A stretch of 64,000 nucleotides of DNA. Origin: Octopus vulgaris. Lineage: Eukaryota. The notes under the pieces are model-generated. The model did no database searches and had not been told where the DNA came from. It saw only the letters and a program-made list of their open reading frames with translations. The stretch spans positions 58,962,001 through 59,026,000 of the forward strand of contig OX597827.1 in the NCBI GenBank assembly GCA_951406725.2. The letters run 5' to 3'. Position 1 is the stretch's first letter, and each line of letters starts with the position of its first letter. The position numbers were made by a program, and so were the translations under genes. Positions 14,856 through 27,893 of this stretch are shown piece after piece.

Positions 14856-16279
14856 CAACATCGAAAAATACCTTAGGAATGACAATTGTTGTAGTGGTTC
14901 ACCAAAAGAGACTGATAGAATAAGTACCAGGCTTTAAAAAACAAAACAAAAGTACTGGGGTCGATTTGTTTGACTAAAATGCTTCAAGGCAGTGCCCCAG
15001 CATGGCCACAGTCTAGCTACTGAAACATGTAAAAGGTAAAAGACAAGAGATAAAAGCTAATTATATTTCACTTCTCTCTCTTGATTCAACAAGTAATTCC
15101 TATGCCTAAAACACTGAAATTTAATTAAGCGGTTATAATACATAAGACTGCATTAAGCTTTTTATTATAATACATGAAAATGAGGAAGTTGTGTGAGGAG
15201 GGAATAGCCACTCATAAAAGAAACCAATATACTCTGGAGATTCTGCACAGAGGTTTTTATAATTAGTCATTAGAGATATCGTGTAGACAAGGAAATTGAA
15301 AAATAAGATATAAATTATGGTTCAGCTACAAAGCAATTAAATTAACACCAACAAATGAACAGCAACAACAATATCAACAATATTGTATATAAATAAATTG
15401 ATAAATAAACACAACTATGTAACAATGAAATTGAAATTAATTACCCACAGGAGACAACTAATTATTTAGGAAGGAATCAAAACAAAAGAACAGAGACTTC
15501 CGAGAATAATTAAATTTTGAGATTAATTTCAAATTTGCCAAAACACAGGTGCAGGCATGTGTAAGCGTGTGGTTAAGAAGCTCAGTTTGTAACCATGTGG
15601 TTTCAGGTTCAATCCCGCTGTGCAGCACATTGGGCATGTGTCTTCTACGATAGATCTGGGCTGATCAATGCCTTGCGAATGAATTTGGTAGGTGGAAACT
15701 GTGTGGAAGCCCATTGTATGTATACATGTGTGTGTGTGTGTGTGGGGGTATATATACATATATACATACATACATATATTCATAGATATGTATTATGTGT
15801 ATGTGTGTGAAGGTGCATGGTTCAGTGGTTAGAGTGTTGAGCTTACAATCATGAGGTTGTGAGTTCGATTTCCAGACAGGGTCTTGAGCAAGACACTTTA
15901 TTTCATGTTGCTCCAGTTCACTCAACTGTAGAAATTAGTTGCAATGTCAGTGCAGCCAAGCTGTATCAGCCTTTGCCTTTCCCCTGGATAATATCGGTGA
16001 TATGGCGAGGGAAGGCTTGTATGCATGGGCAACTGCAGGTCTTCCACAAACAAATTTTTCTAACTAAAATTTACAGCCAAAAAGATTACTTTGAAGGACC
16101 AAAATATTCCGTGTGAATTGCAGCAGGATTTGGAAAGATATTGATGATATTTCAATGTTTACATGTATTGTGAACTGTGAGAATAAGTACACAATACTGT
16201 AGTTAACCAGTATATGTGCTTGTAAACTTTCAAAGCATGAAACCGAAAGTAGTAAAGAAAATCCACAAAGTATGTGTGC

Positions 16280-16327
<48 letters not shown>

Positions 16328-16426
16328 ATGTGTGTGTGTAGACAAACAAATAAGAAACAAAGATGACAAAACGTGTCTACAAGCATACACTTTTTTTCCT
16401 CTTTCACCCTATTTCTTATTTATGTT

Positions 16427-16468
<42 letters not shown>

Positions 16469-17905
16469 AAATGTGTGTATATACACCTGTTTAAGTGTTG
16501 AGTAGATAAAGTTTAACACTGGAAAAATAAGAAATTATTTAAAGATAAAATCACAGGAATACAAGGAACCAAGAGAAATGATAAAAATATTCCAAAATTG
16601 ACAGGCACTTGCTATATAAAAATGTTTGTATTTTGTATATATGTAAATGTACATATGTGTGAATATACAAGTATTTAGGCATAAAAGAAGATAATCTATG
16701 AACGATTGGAAACCTCAGAAAAGTTTTTGAAAAAGAAAATAGAAGAAAAAATATAAAGAAACAAAAGAAAGAATGAAGATACAAAAATGGTCAAATGAAT
16801 TTTTTCAATTTGTGAAGAAAATAAAAATAAACCAAAAATTTCAGATTGAATCAAAGATTAAGTTCCCACAAAAATTAATCACATAAATCTCTGTTCTTTA
16901 ACATTCATGTTTCCATATTTCCGCTGAAATACGCTGCCTTCATTTCAATAATTTTTAAAATGATGGAAAATTTAGTAAAATAACTGTCATTATTAAGATA
17001 GTATTTGAAACATGAATTAACATTATTATTATTATTATTATTATGGTAAGTTTTCCTTTGGTAGTTTAATGCAAGTTTCTTGTGTACCACTTCATGCATC
17101 TCTGCGGACCTGATGTATACGAAGCATTGTGTTGTTATTTTTATTGGGATTGGGGGAGCACAGACAACTCTTCTTGGTGTACTGCACCAGTTCGTTATAT
17201 GACAGGGTTTAGTTTTTTGTTTCTTGATATAATAGTGTATGTTCTGTAGTGTGCAGAGTGTGTAACATGAGTTCAGTAACCTTATCGGGCCTTAGTCTTG
17301 TATAGTATACATTGTGTGAGTTGTGTTTTAGACTATTAAGCGTCTGTGAATGTTGCGCATGAAGACAGTTCTATTTGAGCTATTGCATTGAATCATGTGC
17401 TATTCTATTGAACTGATAGTGCCTTGTGCTGTTCTTAATAACTTGCAAAAAGAATAAGAAAATATTAACCTTTTGTTATTCTAATTTCTTAACTTAATTG
17501 TTTTAATTAACTAATAAATGAATAACAAGCAAAGAAATAAAAATGAAGAAAGGGCTTCAGAAACAAAAGCATAGCACAAAGAATAAAAGAGAGATTCTTA
17601 AAATTTGTTGGGGTTTTTTTTTTTCCTCTTCTTCAAATCAATAAATAATAGTAATTAACAAATAAATTAATAAATGGATAAAATATATATAAATATATAT
17701 AAAGAGCAAAAATACAATGGATGCAAGGCTATGGTTTTTCTGGTGGTGGTGAAGGTGGTGGAGGTGGTGGTGGTAGTAGTAGTAATGGTGATGGGTGGGA
17801 ATAATGTTGTTGTGTGCTGGTGAGGATAAGGTGAGATGGGGTAATGAGAAAAAAAAACTAAACACCCGGGCATGTCATACATATATGATATATATATTAT
17901 ATATG

Positions 17906-17946
<41 letters not shown>

Positions 17947-18034
17947 TATACACATATATATACACATATACATATATATAAATACAGATATATACATATA
18001 TATGTATGTATATATATATACATATATATGTATG

Positions 18035-18066
<32 letters not shown>

Positions 18067-18110
18067 TGTATGTATATATATATGTATGTATATATGTATG
18101 TATGTATATA

Positions 18111-18149
<39 letters not shown>

Positions 18150-18178
18150 ATATATATATATATATACATGTATGTATG

Positions 18179-18286
<108 letters not shown>

Positions 18287-18338
18287 TATATAATATATAT
18301 ATTATATATATGTATGTTGTTCAAATAAACATATTTAC

Positions 18339-18383
18339 TTTTATAAAAAAACAGCTTCCGTTTAGTGCACTTCTCGATGGGTT
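18339..18383 (-). CDS. candidate 45-nt alternative microexon of unc-79 ([15 protein letters not shown] in phase 1)
   Basis: cactaac branch point then gccttgttttacag acceptor; AA|gtaaat donor; frame-preserving and open in phase 1; no homology support. Confidence 0.3.
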
Positions 18384-19599
18384 CTGTAAAACAAGGCGTT
18401 AGTGACAAGAATGTTTAAAGTGACAGTAGAGAGCATAGCACTCATTTATGGATTAACAGCTCAAGCTTAAAGAAACATGGTTAGCGCGTGACAGAGAGGA
18501 GAAGGAAGAGGGGGTGAAAGGAGGAGGAAGTGGAGAGAGAGAGGGAGAGAGTGCAAAAGCATTAAGACGAAAGGAGGGGGGAGAAGACGAGGAGGAAGAG
18601 TGCAAAAAACATAAGAGAGAAGATGAAGGAGGAGAAGAAGAAGAAGAAGGAGAAGAAGAAGAAGAAGAAGAAGGAGAAGGAGAAGAAGAAAAGGAGAAGG
18701 AGGAGAAGAAAAAGAAGAAGAAGGAGAAGAAAAAGAAGAAGAAGAAGAAAAAAAAAGGAGAAGAAGAAGAAGAAGAAGAAAAAAGAAGAAGAAGAAGAAG
18801 AAGAAGAAGAAGAAGAAGAAGAAGAAGAAGAAGAAGAAGAGGAAAGTTAGAAGTGAAAAGTAAAGTTAAAAAGAAATGATACAAAATAAGAAGAAAAAGA
18901 TAAAAACGAAAAGGAAAAACTGTGAGTAAGATTAAATTTTTGTTTTCTTTTTTAGTTTTCTCTTGTTTTGTTTTTGTTTAATTTCTTTTATTTTTTAAGG
19001 CAACAACTTGTGTGACATGTGCAAAAGACAAATGAAAATATCCAATTGTTAGTCTGAAAAATGCTGTTATGAATGTTGCAAAACTGGATACAAGCCATAA
19101 AAAACCTCAACAACGTTAGAGAGAAAAAAAATAATAAAAGAAAATGTATATATAAAAAAAAAAAATCACAAAATTAAAAAATGAATAAAACAATGAAATG
19201 GATAAGACTTAAGGGATGGGGTATTCAAGAGAAACAAGAACTACCCAACATGTTTTTGATGTGCCGAACAAGGAGCTTCTAGGATGTCACTGAACCTACT
19301 AAATATAATGGCCAAATCTTAGTCACATCGCACACCCTACCAACAGAAAAAAAGCAGGAGAAATAGAAAGAAAAATGTGTCTAGGAAAGTGGAGTTCTGT
19401 ATACATTACAGTTTTAGAGATAAAAAAGAAAAAGAAAATAAAGCTGGATGATCACAGCAGCATGCCTTTGACCATAGGCCAGTTTGAGCTTGAAATGACC
19501 AGGAACTAAGAACATCCTCTCCCAGATCCTTCACCTCATTTCTCATCTCCTCAGTCTCTCAGCTATTTTACATATACTTCCTTGCTTAACTGCTTTTTA

Positions 19600-20150
19600 T
19601 ATTTGGATATTATATACTAGGTAGGAGGCATTTTATTTGAATATTATATATTACAGGTATAAACTTGAACTTGTAATCTGGATAGAGTAACTGCAGATTT
19701 CTCAATAGTTCAGTGTAGGTATTCACTTTTTCACCAATCTTAAGCTTTATATTAACCTCTGCTGGACAGCTGATTTCCACAGCTGTACACAATTTCTCTC
19801 TCCTATTTTAAATCATTATATTAGGTTTATTTTGTTTACATTTTCTTGAGGTTTTCGCTAGGACATTCCACTAGTACTCCTTTTTATTATGAGTGGCTAT
19901 GGCTTCCACCTTACTGTGGATTCTTATTTCTTTATCTTTGGGGTTATCCTTTCAATGGATCTTGTTATACAGTGTCCCAGCTATAATATCATGTCTGTCT
20001 GTATGTATGTACTTATGTACATACGTATATATGTATGTGTATATGTATACATACATACCAACTCCAAAGTTGAACTATTTCCCCCCTTTGAAGAGTGTCC
20101 AAGCATTTGCACCTACCAAAACATTTCATAGCCAATTCATGTATTTGATG
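19600..20150 (-). mobile_element. RLE-type LINE fragment
   Basis: KPNIMI...CTAVEISCPAEVNIKLKIGEKVNTY.ELLRNLQLLYPDYKFKFIPVI. Confidence 0.7.
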
Positions 20151-20952
20151 GAGCTAAAAAACTTTTTTTTATTTGTCTGCCTCTCTCTCTCTCTCTCCCC
20201 CTCCTCTCCCTCTCAGTATGTATGTACAATCACAAATAATCGCAATGTATGCATGCATACATACATACATACATAGCTATACTGTACCATGCTTTACATG
20301 TATCTCATCACACACAATCCAGTTTGATATTCCTTCCTGATCTTTATGTGCCTTAAGCAGAGCTCCCTCTGTTGCAAGCATCAAGAGCCACAGTTTCTTA
20401 TCAACAAATGCTATTTTTCACAATGTTTAAACTGGACATCAGCCACAAGAATCTCTCCAGCCTTGGAAAGCAGATGATGCAAATGCTATGGTTATGGTCT
20501 CACCTCCTGTTACTACTCACAAATTGTTGCAAATGAAGCAAAAGGCTTACTTTAACAACAAAATTTTATTTAAGGGTAAACACTTGTGTGCTGAGCAAGT
20601 ACTGCTGTATTCTGTCTCAGAATGTGAAGCAGCTCTGTAGGTGTTTTGGCCTTTTCTGCCAAGACACCAGAGCTGTCTGGGGCCACACGCCGATGTGGGT
20701 GATGAAACTCCAGCAAAACAGTACAAGCTTTATTGAGTCAAATGATACGACTTTGGGCTAGGTGTTCCTACCATTCCCAATGCTTGTTCTTGCTGCACCA
20801 CTTCTTGAGCCAGATGTAAAGGTTTGCTCTCTCAGTGGCATCTGACAATTAATTAGATCAGTTTGTATTTCATGCTAGTTTCAACTACTTAACCAGTCAT
20901 ATACAAGCAACACTATATATTTCCTCAATCACCACTATTACAAGCCAATTAA

Positions 20953-21193
20953 CCCTTTCACTGTGAAATTAAATTTCATGGATATTCCAATAACGATGTT
21001 AACTATCTACCAAAAACAGAACTAGTTTTTTCTGCAAATATTTTTTGCCTCACTAAACTCGATATATCTCAACAGAAAATACTCCCAAATATGATATTTC
21101 TCAATGAAAGATAGGTTGGTATATTAAACAGCTTACAGAAGATAAGAGTAAAGAAATTTTGTGTGGACATATATGATTTCTAAAGTTAAAGGG
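20953..21193. mobile_element. piggyBac-like MITE
   Basis: TTAA|CCCTTT...AAAGGG|TTAA. Confidence 0.6.
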
Positions 21194-23135
21194 TTAAAGA
21201 ACCTCTACACAGTAAATCTTCTTGTTTGTGTAGTGGGAATATACAGCAATTACTGGATGTCAAAATTTACTAGAATATTACCCACATGATAAAGAAGTTT
21301 ATCCAATCAGAACTGGCTCCAGCAATGATTCTGTCATTTTGTACCTTTCTCTCTGAGCCTATCCAGCACTATAAAGTCAGCATGCCAGGACTTCTTGAGA
21401 GAGAGCATTGAGAGAAAGCACAGAGAGATGACTAGGAGACAGCCCACACAGATGTGGACAGCTGCTGCCCCAAGCTGACAGCAGCTGAACAATGATGACA
21501 ACAGCACAATGACCTACTGATAACTTTTGATTGTTGCTACAATTACACCAAGAACAATAATATTCAAACTCTCTCAATGTTTTGTCATTCATAGTAATGA
21601 AGTAAAGACAGTATTTGTTTTTTGTTTATAGGAAGAATAAAAGTTTTGTTTATCAAAAAATCAAAATAGATCTCCTTCTTCTTTGTACACTGGAGAAAGG
21701 AAACACATCTGCCAATCAAAAACCTGCCAACTTGAAAAATAAAAAACAAAAACAAAAAAAAAAAGGAACTTTATGCTGAAGTAGTCTTAAATATACAAAA
21801 CATCAGAATGATCATGGTAGGAATGGCCCCTCTCTGAACCTAGGTTTGCTCAAACAAAGGTACTGTGAGGCTAAACTACAAGAACTTTGGTGAATTTTGA
21901 AAGATCTTAAATTCTATAATTGTTTCCTTTCGGCAACAAACTTTACCACTAAACCACAACCAAAAACAAAGATTATAAAAAATTCAAGTCATTAAACTAA
22001 CAAAGAAATAACAAACTAAGCAAACATGAAAAAGGAGAGAAAAAAAACACTACAAAAACAGAAATAGCTAATTAAGAATGACTATTAAAATAAATACCTA
22101 AAGCTTGATAAAACAGAACTTCAGCACATCAATACATAAAGCTACAAACTCGGAGAAGATGACAAGCTGATGGCATTTCTAAAGACATTATTGCTCAACA
22201 TACATATATACATGTGTGTGTGTGTGTGTGTGTGCATGTGTGCGTGAATGTGTGTGTGTGTGTGTGTGTATGAGATAAAAGCAGCTCTACTATAATAGAT
22301 ATTATTAACTACATATACTTAATGCATATGCTTTGTATATTTTCCAGTGGCTGAAATAGCATGGTTGTTGTTTTTTCCTTCTCGAGCTATGCCTGGCCCA
22401 TAAGGGCCAGTTTCCCGGTTTCCTTGGCATATAGGTTCCCCACCTGGACGGGATGCCGGTCCGTCGCAGGTGAGCTGTAAGATGTAGGAGGAAAGAGCGA
22501 GAGAAAGTTGTGGCAAAAGAGTCAGCAGTTGCTGGAGCAACGTGGAGCTTAGGTGTTTCGCTCATAAACACACACATCACCTGGTCTGAGATTTGAACCT
22601 GTGATCCCTTGACCAAGAGTCTGCTACTCTAACCAGTAGGCGATGTGCTTCCTCAAAATAGCATGGTGGAATATATACACTCTCAAAGCACCAGTGCCTT
22701 GAAACTGTTTATACTCCACTGCACAATTGATTGCAGCCACTGGAAAATACATGAAGTATATACATTAAGTATATGTAGTTAATAATATTTGTTTTATATA
22801 TATATATATATATGTGTGTGTGTAAATGTAATATGTGACAATTATTCGGTACCCATGACAAAACTCCGAGTTTCGGATGCCAAGGTGGAAATCCACGCCG
22901 CCATCTCTTCAGTTCTGATGGCCGGATAACTGAAGAAATGGTGTGGATTTCCATCTCAGCATCCAAAACTCGGAGTTTTGTCATGGCTACCGAATAATTC
23001 TCACATATTACATTTACAGATGAACTTCTCTATTTACATAATATCGAGGTCTCTTTCATTCTTTTGTTGTCTTACCATTTTTAGCAATATATATATATAT
23101 ATATATATATACATACAGTACTGGAAACATTATTA

Positions 23136-24405
23136 TGGATTTTTAGAAAACACTATATATCTTGCTTGTTTGGTTATTTAAATGAGACAAATAAGTTTAA
23201 ATTATATTAACCATGCATGGGCTACAAATCATATTGCATGGGCTCCTGAGTAATGGGAGCAGGTAAGACTATCTAAAATAGTGGATTAGAGTCTTTATGT
23301 ATTGTATCCATGATAAAATATGATGTTATTGATAAAATAAGGTGTTACCATTGATTTCAGTCATCAAACCAGTTTTATAAAGGATTACTTAAAAATAGCT
23401 ATTAATTTCTGACTGCCATGCACTGAAACAATAACTTATTCTGGATGTCCTATTAATCAAATATGGTTTTCAATTGTTGCAGGTAATGTTTGCAGATGAA
23501 TTCACCATAGTAGTGTTCATTGATCGGGTGCAAAGAGAAGGAGGCTTGGTGAGGAATTTCGTCCAGATTGTCTTTGAAAAACACTAAAATTCCCACAGAA
23601 GATTATGGTTTGGAGGACAATTTCTACCCATGGAGCTAGTTAACTGAAAATAATTGAAGGTTCTATGAACCAAGAGAATTACATAGAGGTACTTAGAAGT
23701 AGAAGTAGGTGGAGGTGCGTGGCTTAGTGGTTACGGTGTCAGCATCATAATCGTAAGATTGTGATTTCGATTCCTGGACCGGGTGACGCTTTGTGTTCTT
23801 GAGTAAAACACTTCATTTCACGTTGCTCCAGTCCACTCAGCTGGCAAAAATGAGTAATGCTGCGATGGACTGGCATCCCGTCCAGCTGGAGAACACATAC
23901 ACCATAGAAACTGGGAAACCGGGCCCATGAGCCTGGCTAGGCTTTAAAAGGGCACACTTATTTACTTAGAAGTAGACTAAAACCACAAGTATGGGAATGG
24001 TATGAAGACGGGCCTTGGATATTCCAACAGGACTCAGAACCATGTCATACAGCAAAATTGGTAAAGACCTGGTTCGCCAAAAATGCTGTTAACGTACTAC
24101 CACGGCTAGGAAATTCACCTGACATGAAACCAATTGAGAGCCTATAATGCCTGTTGAAAGATGAAACACAACAATCTCCTATTACAACCAAATGCTTTCT
24201 TACAGAATCAAGGATTTGTGCAGAATACTAGTTCATGGCATGCCTTGACGTGTACAAACCCTTAATTCTGCAAAAGGAAGGCAAACTGACTAATGAAATA
24301 CTAGTTCTGAGTAAATAATAGGAAATGAATCATCTGCCAATATATAAATTTAGTTTATATAGAAATACCCAAAATTTCAAAAATCCATAATAATGTTTCC
24401 GGTAT
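23136..24405 (+). mobile_element. Tc1-family (DD34E) DNA transposon fossil, intron-containing, with nested SINE
   Basis: TIRs tactggaaacattattatggattttt / aaaaatccataataatgtttccggta; motifs VMFADE, IFQQDSEPCH, GNSPDMKPIE with D-34-E spacing; SINE at ~23711-23962 flanked by tacttagaagtaga duplication. Confidence 0.88.
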
Positions 24406-24788
24406 TTATTTTATTTTATTTTATTTAGTTTCAGCTCACGAGCTGTGGCCATGCTGTGGCACCGCCATTTGGTGTTGCTACATGATTTACTTCACGAATG
24501 CTTTTTAGCATATATATATATACATATATACACTTCAATCTGTGTTTTTTATATATATATATGTATATGTGTGTGTGTGTGCATGTGTGTGTATGTATGT
24601 ATATATATGTGTGTGTGTGTGTGTGTGTATGCATGTATATAAGTGTGTGTGTTTGTGTATGTATATAAATTTATATATATGTATGTATGTTATACATGCA
24701 TCTAAGTTTCTTTTCAGAAAATTACAACTTTAAACAAAAAAAAAAAAAATAAGCAGCAAAAAGTTTTGTTCAGTACTGATATACTGAC

Positions 24789-24968
24789 CTTTCGGTGGTG
24801 CTGTTCTGGTAACAAGGTGAAGAGGCACTGACACGGCTCTTCGGTATGGAGGTTTGTTCTTTAGACTTTCACTAACTGACCGAATGCTGTCAGTTCTGGC
24901 CAATGCAAACCGAGCGCGGTTCAGTTTCCGAAGGAAGTGCTCACTTTCACGGTCACTACTAGTTAAAT
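24789..24968 (-). CDS. unc-79: UNC79 exon: DLTSSDRESEHFLRKLNRARFALARTDSIRSVS...RRAVSVP...TAPPK
   Basis: tttaacag acceptor, G|gtcagt donor, 180 nt, phase 1 to 1. Confidence 0.9.
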
Positions 24969-25017
24969 CTGTTAAAGAAAGCAGATCATCATCATCATCA
25001 TCATCATTTTCCATGCT

Positions 25018-25067
<50 letters not shown>

Positions 25068-25070
<3 letters not shown>

Positions 25071-25271
25071 GGATACTGAAAAGTTCCTGGCTTTGGGTAA
25101 AAGAAAATACAGGAGGATCAGTTAATTATTTTATTCAGCATATTCCCTTCTCAGATTCATATACTTATTGCAGCGGTCCTTCAAATTTTCTAAGCCCTGT
25201 AAAAGAACTAAGAAGTTTGGGCCTCCAACCAACCCTTTTGCGTACCCTTAAGCCCGGAACTTTTCAGCATC

Positions 25272-25275
<4 letters not shown>
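25068..25275. mobile_element. mariner-type MITE
   Basis: Inverted ends gagggatactgaaaagttcc / ggaactttttcagcatccct. Confidence 0.65.
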
Positions 25276-25308
<33 letters not shown>

Positions 25309-26065
25309 ACAACAATTGAGGAACGGCTACAATAGGCCGTTCGACCCACTAGAAATAGCAGCCAGGGCTCCAACCGCAAATAGTAGTAATTCCGAAATCT
25401 AAGGAAAAATTAAAAAACATTTACCTGGAATTACTACTATTTGCGGTTGGAGCCGTTCCTCAATTGTTGTTGAATTTATTCATAGTCTCTGACTATTTCC
25501 TCTTTCTCACTAGACCACTGGTGGCAAAATAATTTCTATTGAATTTTTTGCTACCCTAAATTGATTAATTATATATATATATATATATATATAAATGCTG
25601 AGACCCCCTTCGGTCATGACTGACCATGGGATTGCACCTAGAAAGTTACCCTCCCAGGCACAAGTCCGGGCAAGGTTGTTTATGGAAGACATAGAAAGAG
25701 ACAGAGACAGACAGACAGAGACACAGAGAGAAAGGGGAGCGACAGATAGACAGACAGGCAGACTGACAGGCACAGAGAGAGAGAGAGAAAAAGGAGGGAG
25801 GAAGAGAGAAAGGAGGGAGAAAGGAGAGAGAAAGAGATAGACAGAGACACAGAGAGAAAGAAGAGCGACAGACAGACAGACAGGCAAACTGACAGGCACA
25901 GAGAGAGAGAGAGAGTAAAAAGGAGGGAGAAAGAGAGAAAGGATAGAGAAAGAGACAGACAGAGACTGAAAGAGAGAGATAGAGAGAGAGAGATAGACAG
26001 ACAGAGAAAAAGGAGAGACTAAGAGAGAAGGAGAGAGAGAGAGAGAGAGAAAGTTCGTGAATTAC

Positions 26066-26267
26066 CTGTAGGGTAGCTTATGTTTCCAGTATTTTCAAGG
26101 TCTAGTTGAGCTTCTAGTGATAAGGTGTCAAAACGAGAGAGGAAGAAATTCCAGGTGAGAATGGGCTGATCAGGTAGAATGCTGGAGAGGAGATACATCC
26201 TGTGTAAAATCATAGTGCGATCACTAATCACTGTATCAAATTGAAATTCCAAACACTGAATTAGGCA
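26066..26267 (-). CDS. unc-79: UNC79 exon: CLIQCLEFQFDTVISDR...LTWNFFLSRFDTLSLEAQLDLE...YPT
   Basis: tttcag acceptor, G|gtaat donor, 202 nt, phase 0 to 1. Confidence 0.95.
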
Positions 26268-26554
26268 CTGAAATTAAGAGACAAGAAATGAGAATATTAA
26301 ATAAGCTATTAGATAAAAGAAAAACAGTTGCAAATTGTAAATAAAATTAAGGATTTACACAATGAAGGGAGAATCTTTATCAGATCTAATTTTCATGATT
26401 CTTCATGTGAAACCATGTTGAAGCAGGAACACCAATAGTAAACATAAGCATTGGTTCTAGTTCTAGTTCACTTCTGTATTATCATCATTATTATTATTAT
26501 TTTTCTTTAATAGCACCGTGTAGATAATAATGTGTGACTTTTTCAACCTCTTTA

Positions 26555-26696
26555 AGAAGAAGAAGAGGAGGAGGAGGAGGAGGAAGCAGAAAGAGAAGAA
26601 GAAGAAGAAGAAGAAGAAGAAGAAGAAGAAGAAGAAGGAGAAGAAGAAGAAGAAGAAGAAGAAGAAGAAGAAGAAGGAGAAGAAAGAGAAGAAAGA

Positions 26697-26729
<33 letters not shown>

Positions 26730-26923
26730 AAAAGAGGAGAAGAAGAAGGAGAGGAAGGAGAAGAAAGAGAAGAAGAAGAAAAAGGAGGTGAAGAAGGAGA
26801 AAAGAAAAAGGAGGAGAAGAAGAAGAAGAAGAAGGAGAAGAAGAAGAAGAAGAAGAAGAAGAAGAAGAAGAAGAAGAAGAAGAAAACAACAACAACAACA
26901 ACAACAACAACAATAACAACAGC

Positions 26924-26986
<63 letters not shown>
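26555..26986. repeat. compound (AAG/AGG)n-(AAC)n microsatellite; one of many SSRs (TA, CA, TACA, AAT, GAT, AAG)
   Basis: Directly visible; similar tracts at 5150-5540, 10860-11310, 17880-18310, 18620-18840, 40095-40365, 47490-47665, 56370-56640. Confidence 0.95.
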
Positions 26987-26987
<1 letters not shown>

Positions 26988-27045
26988 TAATATTGAAATC
27001 ATAAAAAAAAAGCTGGAAAATGGTAAAACACAAAAACAGACTTAC

Positions 27046-27227
27046 TTTAATAGCCGATGGCTTAATGGTTTCCAAATAAATAATTGTTCTTTGAGAAACA
27101 GCAGTGTTCATGTCTTCTAGAGAACCAACAAGGTAGCAGAATGCATGGGAGAGAGCAGTCTGCACAACTTGATTGTTATGTATAGAGTCAACATCTAACA
27201 GACGACAAATCACCACAACTTTTTCAA
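27046..27227 (-). CDS. unc-79: UNC79 exon: VEKVVVICRLLD...LSHAFCYLVGSLEDMNTAVSQR...ETIKPSAIK
   Basis: tttcag acceptor, AAA|gtaag donor, 182 nt, phase 1 to 0. Confidence 0.95.
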
Positions 27228-27454
27228 CTGAAATTAGATAATATTTCCATTTTGTTTTAAATACAGTTAATTGTATGATAATACAAGTTAATGTCGGATT
27301 CAAATTTTGGCACAAAAGAGATTTATTCTATCAGTCTCTTTTGCTGAACTGCTAAGTTACGGGGATGTAAACACACCAGCATTGGAAGTCATGCGATGTT
27401 GGGGGGAGGGGGACAAACACAGACATACAAACATATACACACACACATACATAT

Positions 27455-27521
<67 letters not shown>

Positions 27522-27735
27522 CATATATATGATGGGCTTCATTCAGTTTCCGTCCACCAAATCCACTCACAAGGCTTTGGTCGGCCCGAGGCTATAGTAG
27601 AAGACATTTGCCCCAGGTGCCATGCAGTGGGACTGAATCCGGAACCATGTGGTTCGTTATCAAGCTACTTACTGCACAGCCACTCCTATAATAATAACAA
27701 TAATAATAATAATAATAAAATGAAAAATTCATTAC

Positions 27736-27893
27736 CTGCAGCAAAACGTACTTTCCAGTCATCTGATCCAAAATCATTTTCTACCATATGCCAGAGTATA
27801 TCAGCACCGGTGGGTAAAGTGAGTGTGTGTAAAAGGAATGGCACACAAATGGATGCCAGCTGAGAATGTTCTGCTTGCATCATCTTCCACAGA
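27736..27893 (-). CDS. unc-79: UNC79 exon: LWKMMQAEHSQLASICVPFLLHTLTLPTGADILW...DWKVRFAA
   Basis: ttgttcag acceptor, G|gtaat donor, 158 nt, phase 2 to 1. Confidence 0.95.

Noticed and set aside
16090-16174. AG..GT-bounded 85-nt segment on the minus strand
   Set aside because: Stop codon in the required phase 1 and no homology.
17045-17450. Unique-looking stretch tested as an unc-79 exon
   Set aside because: Stops in all frames behind plausible acceptors and no UNC79 similarity.
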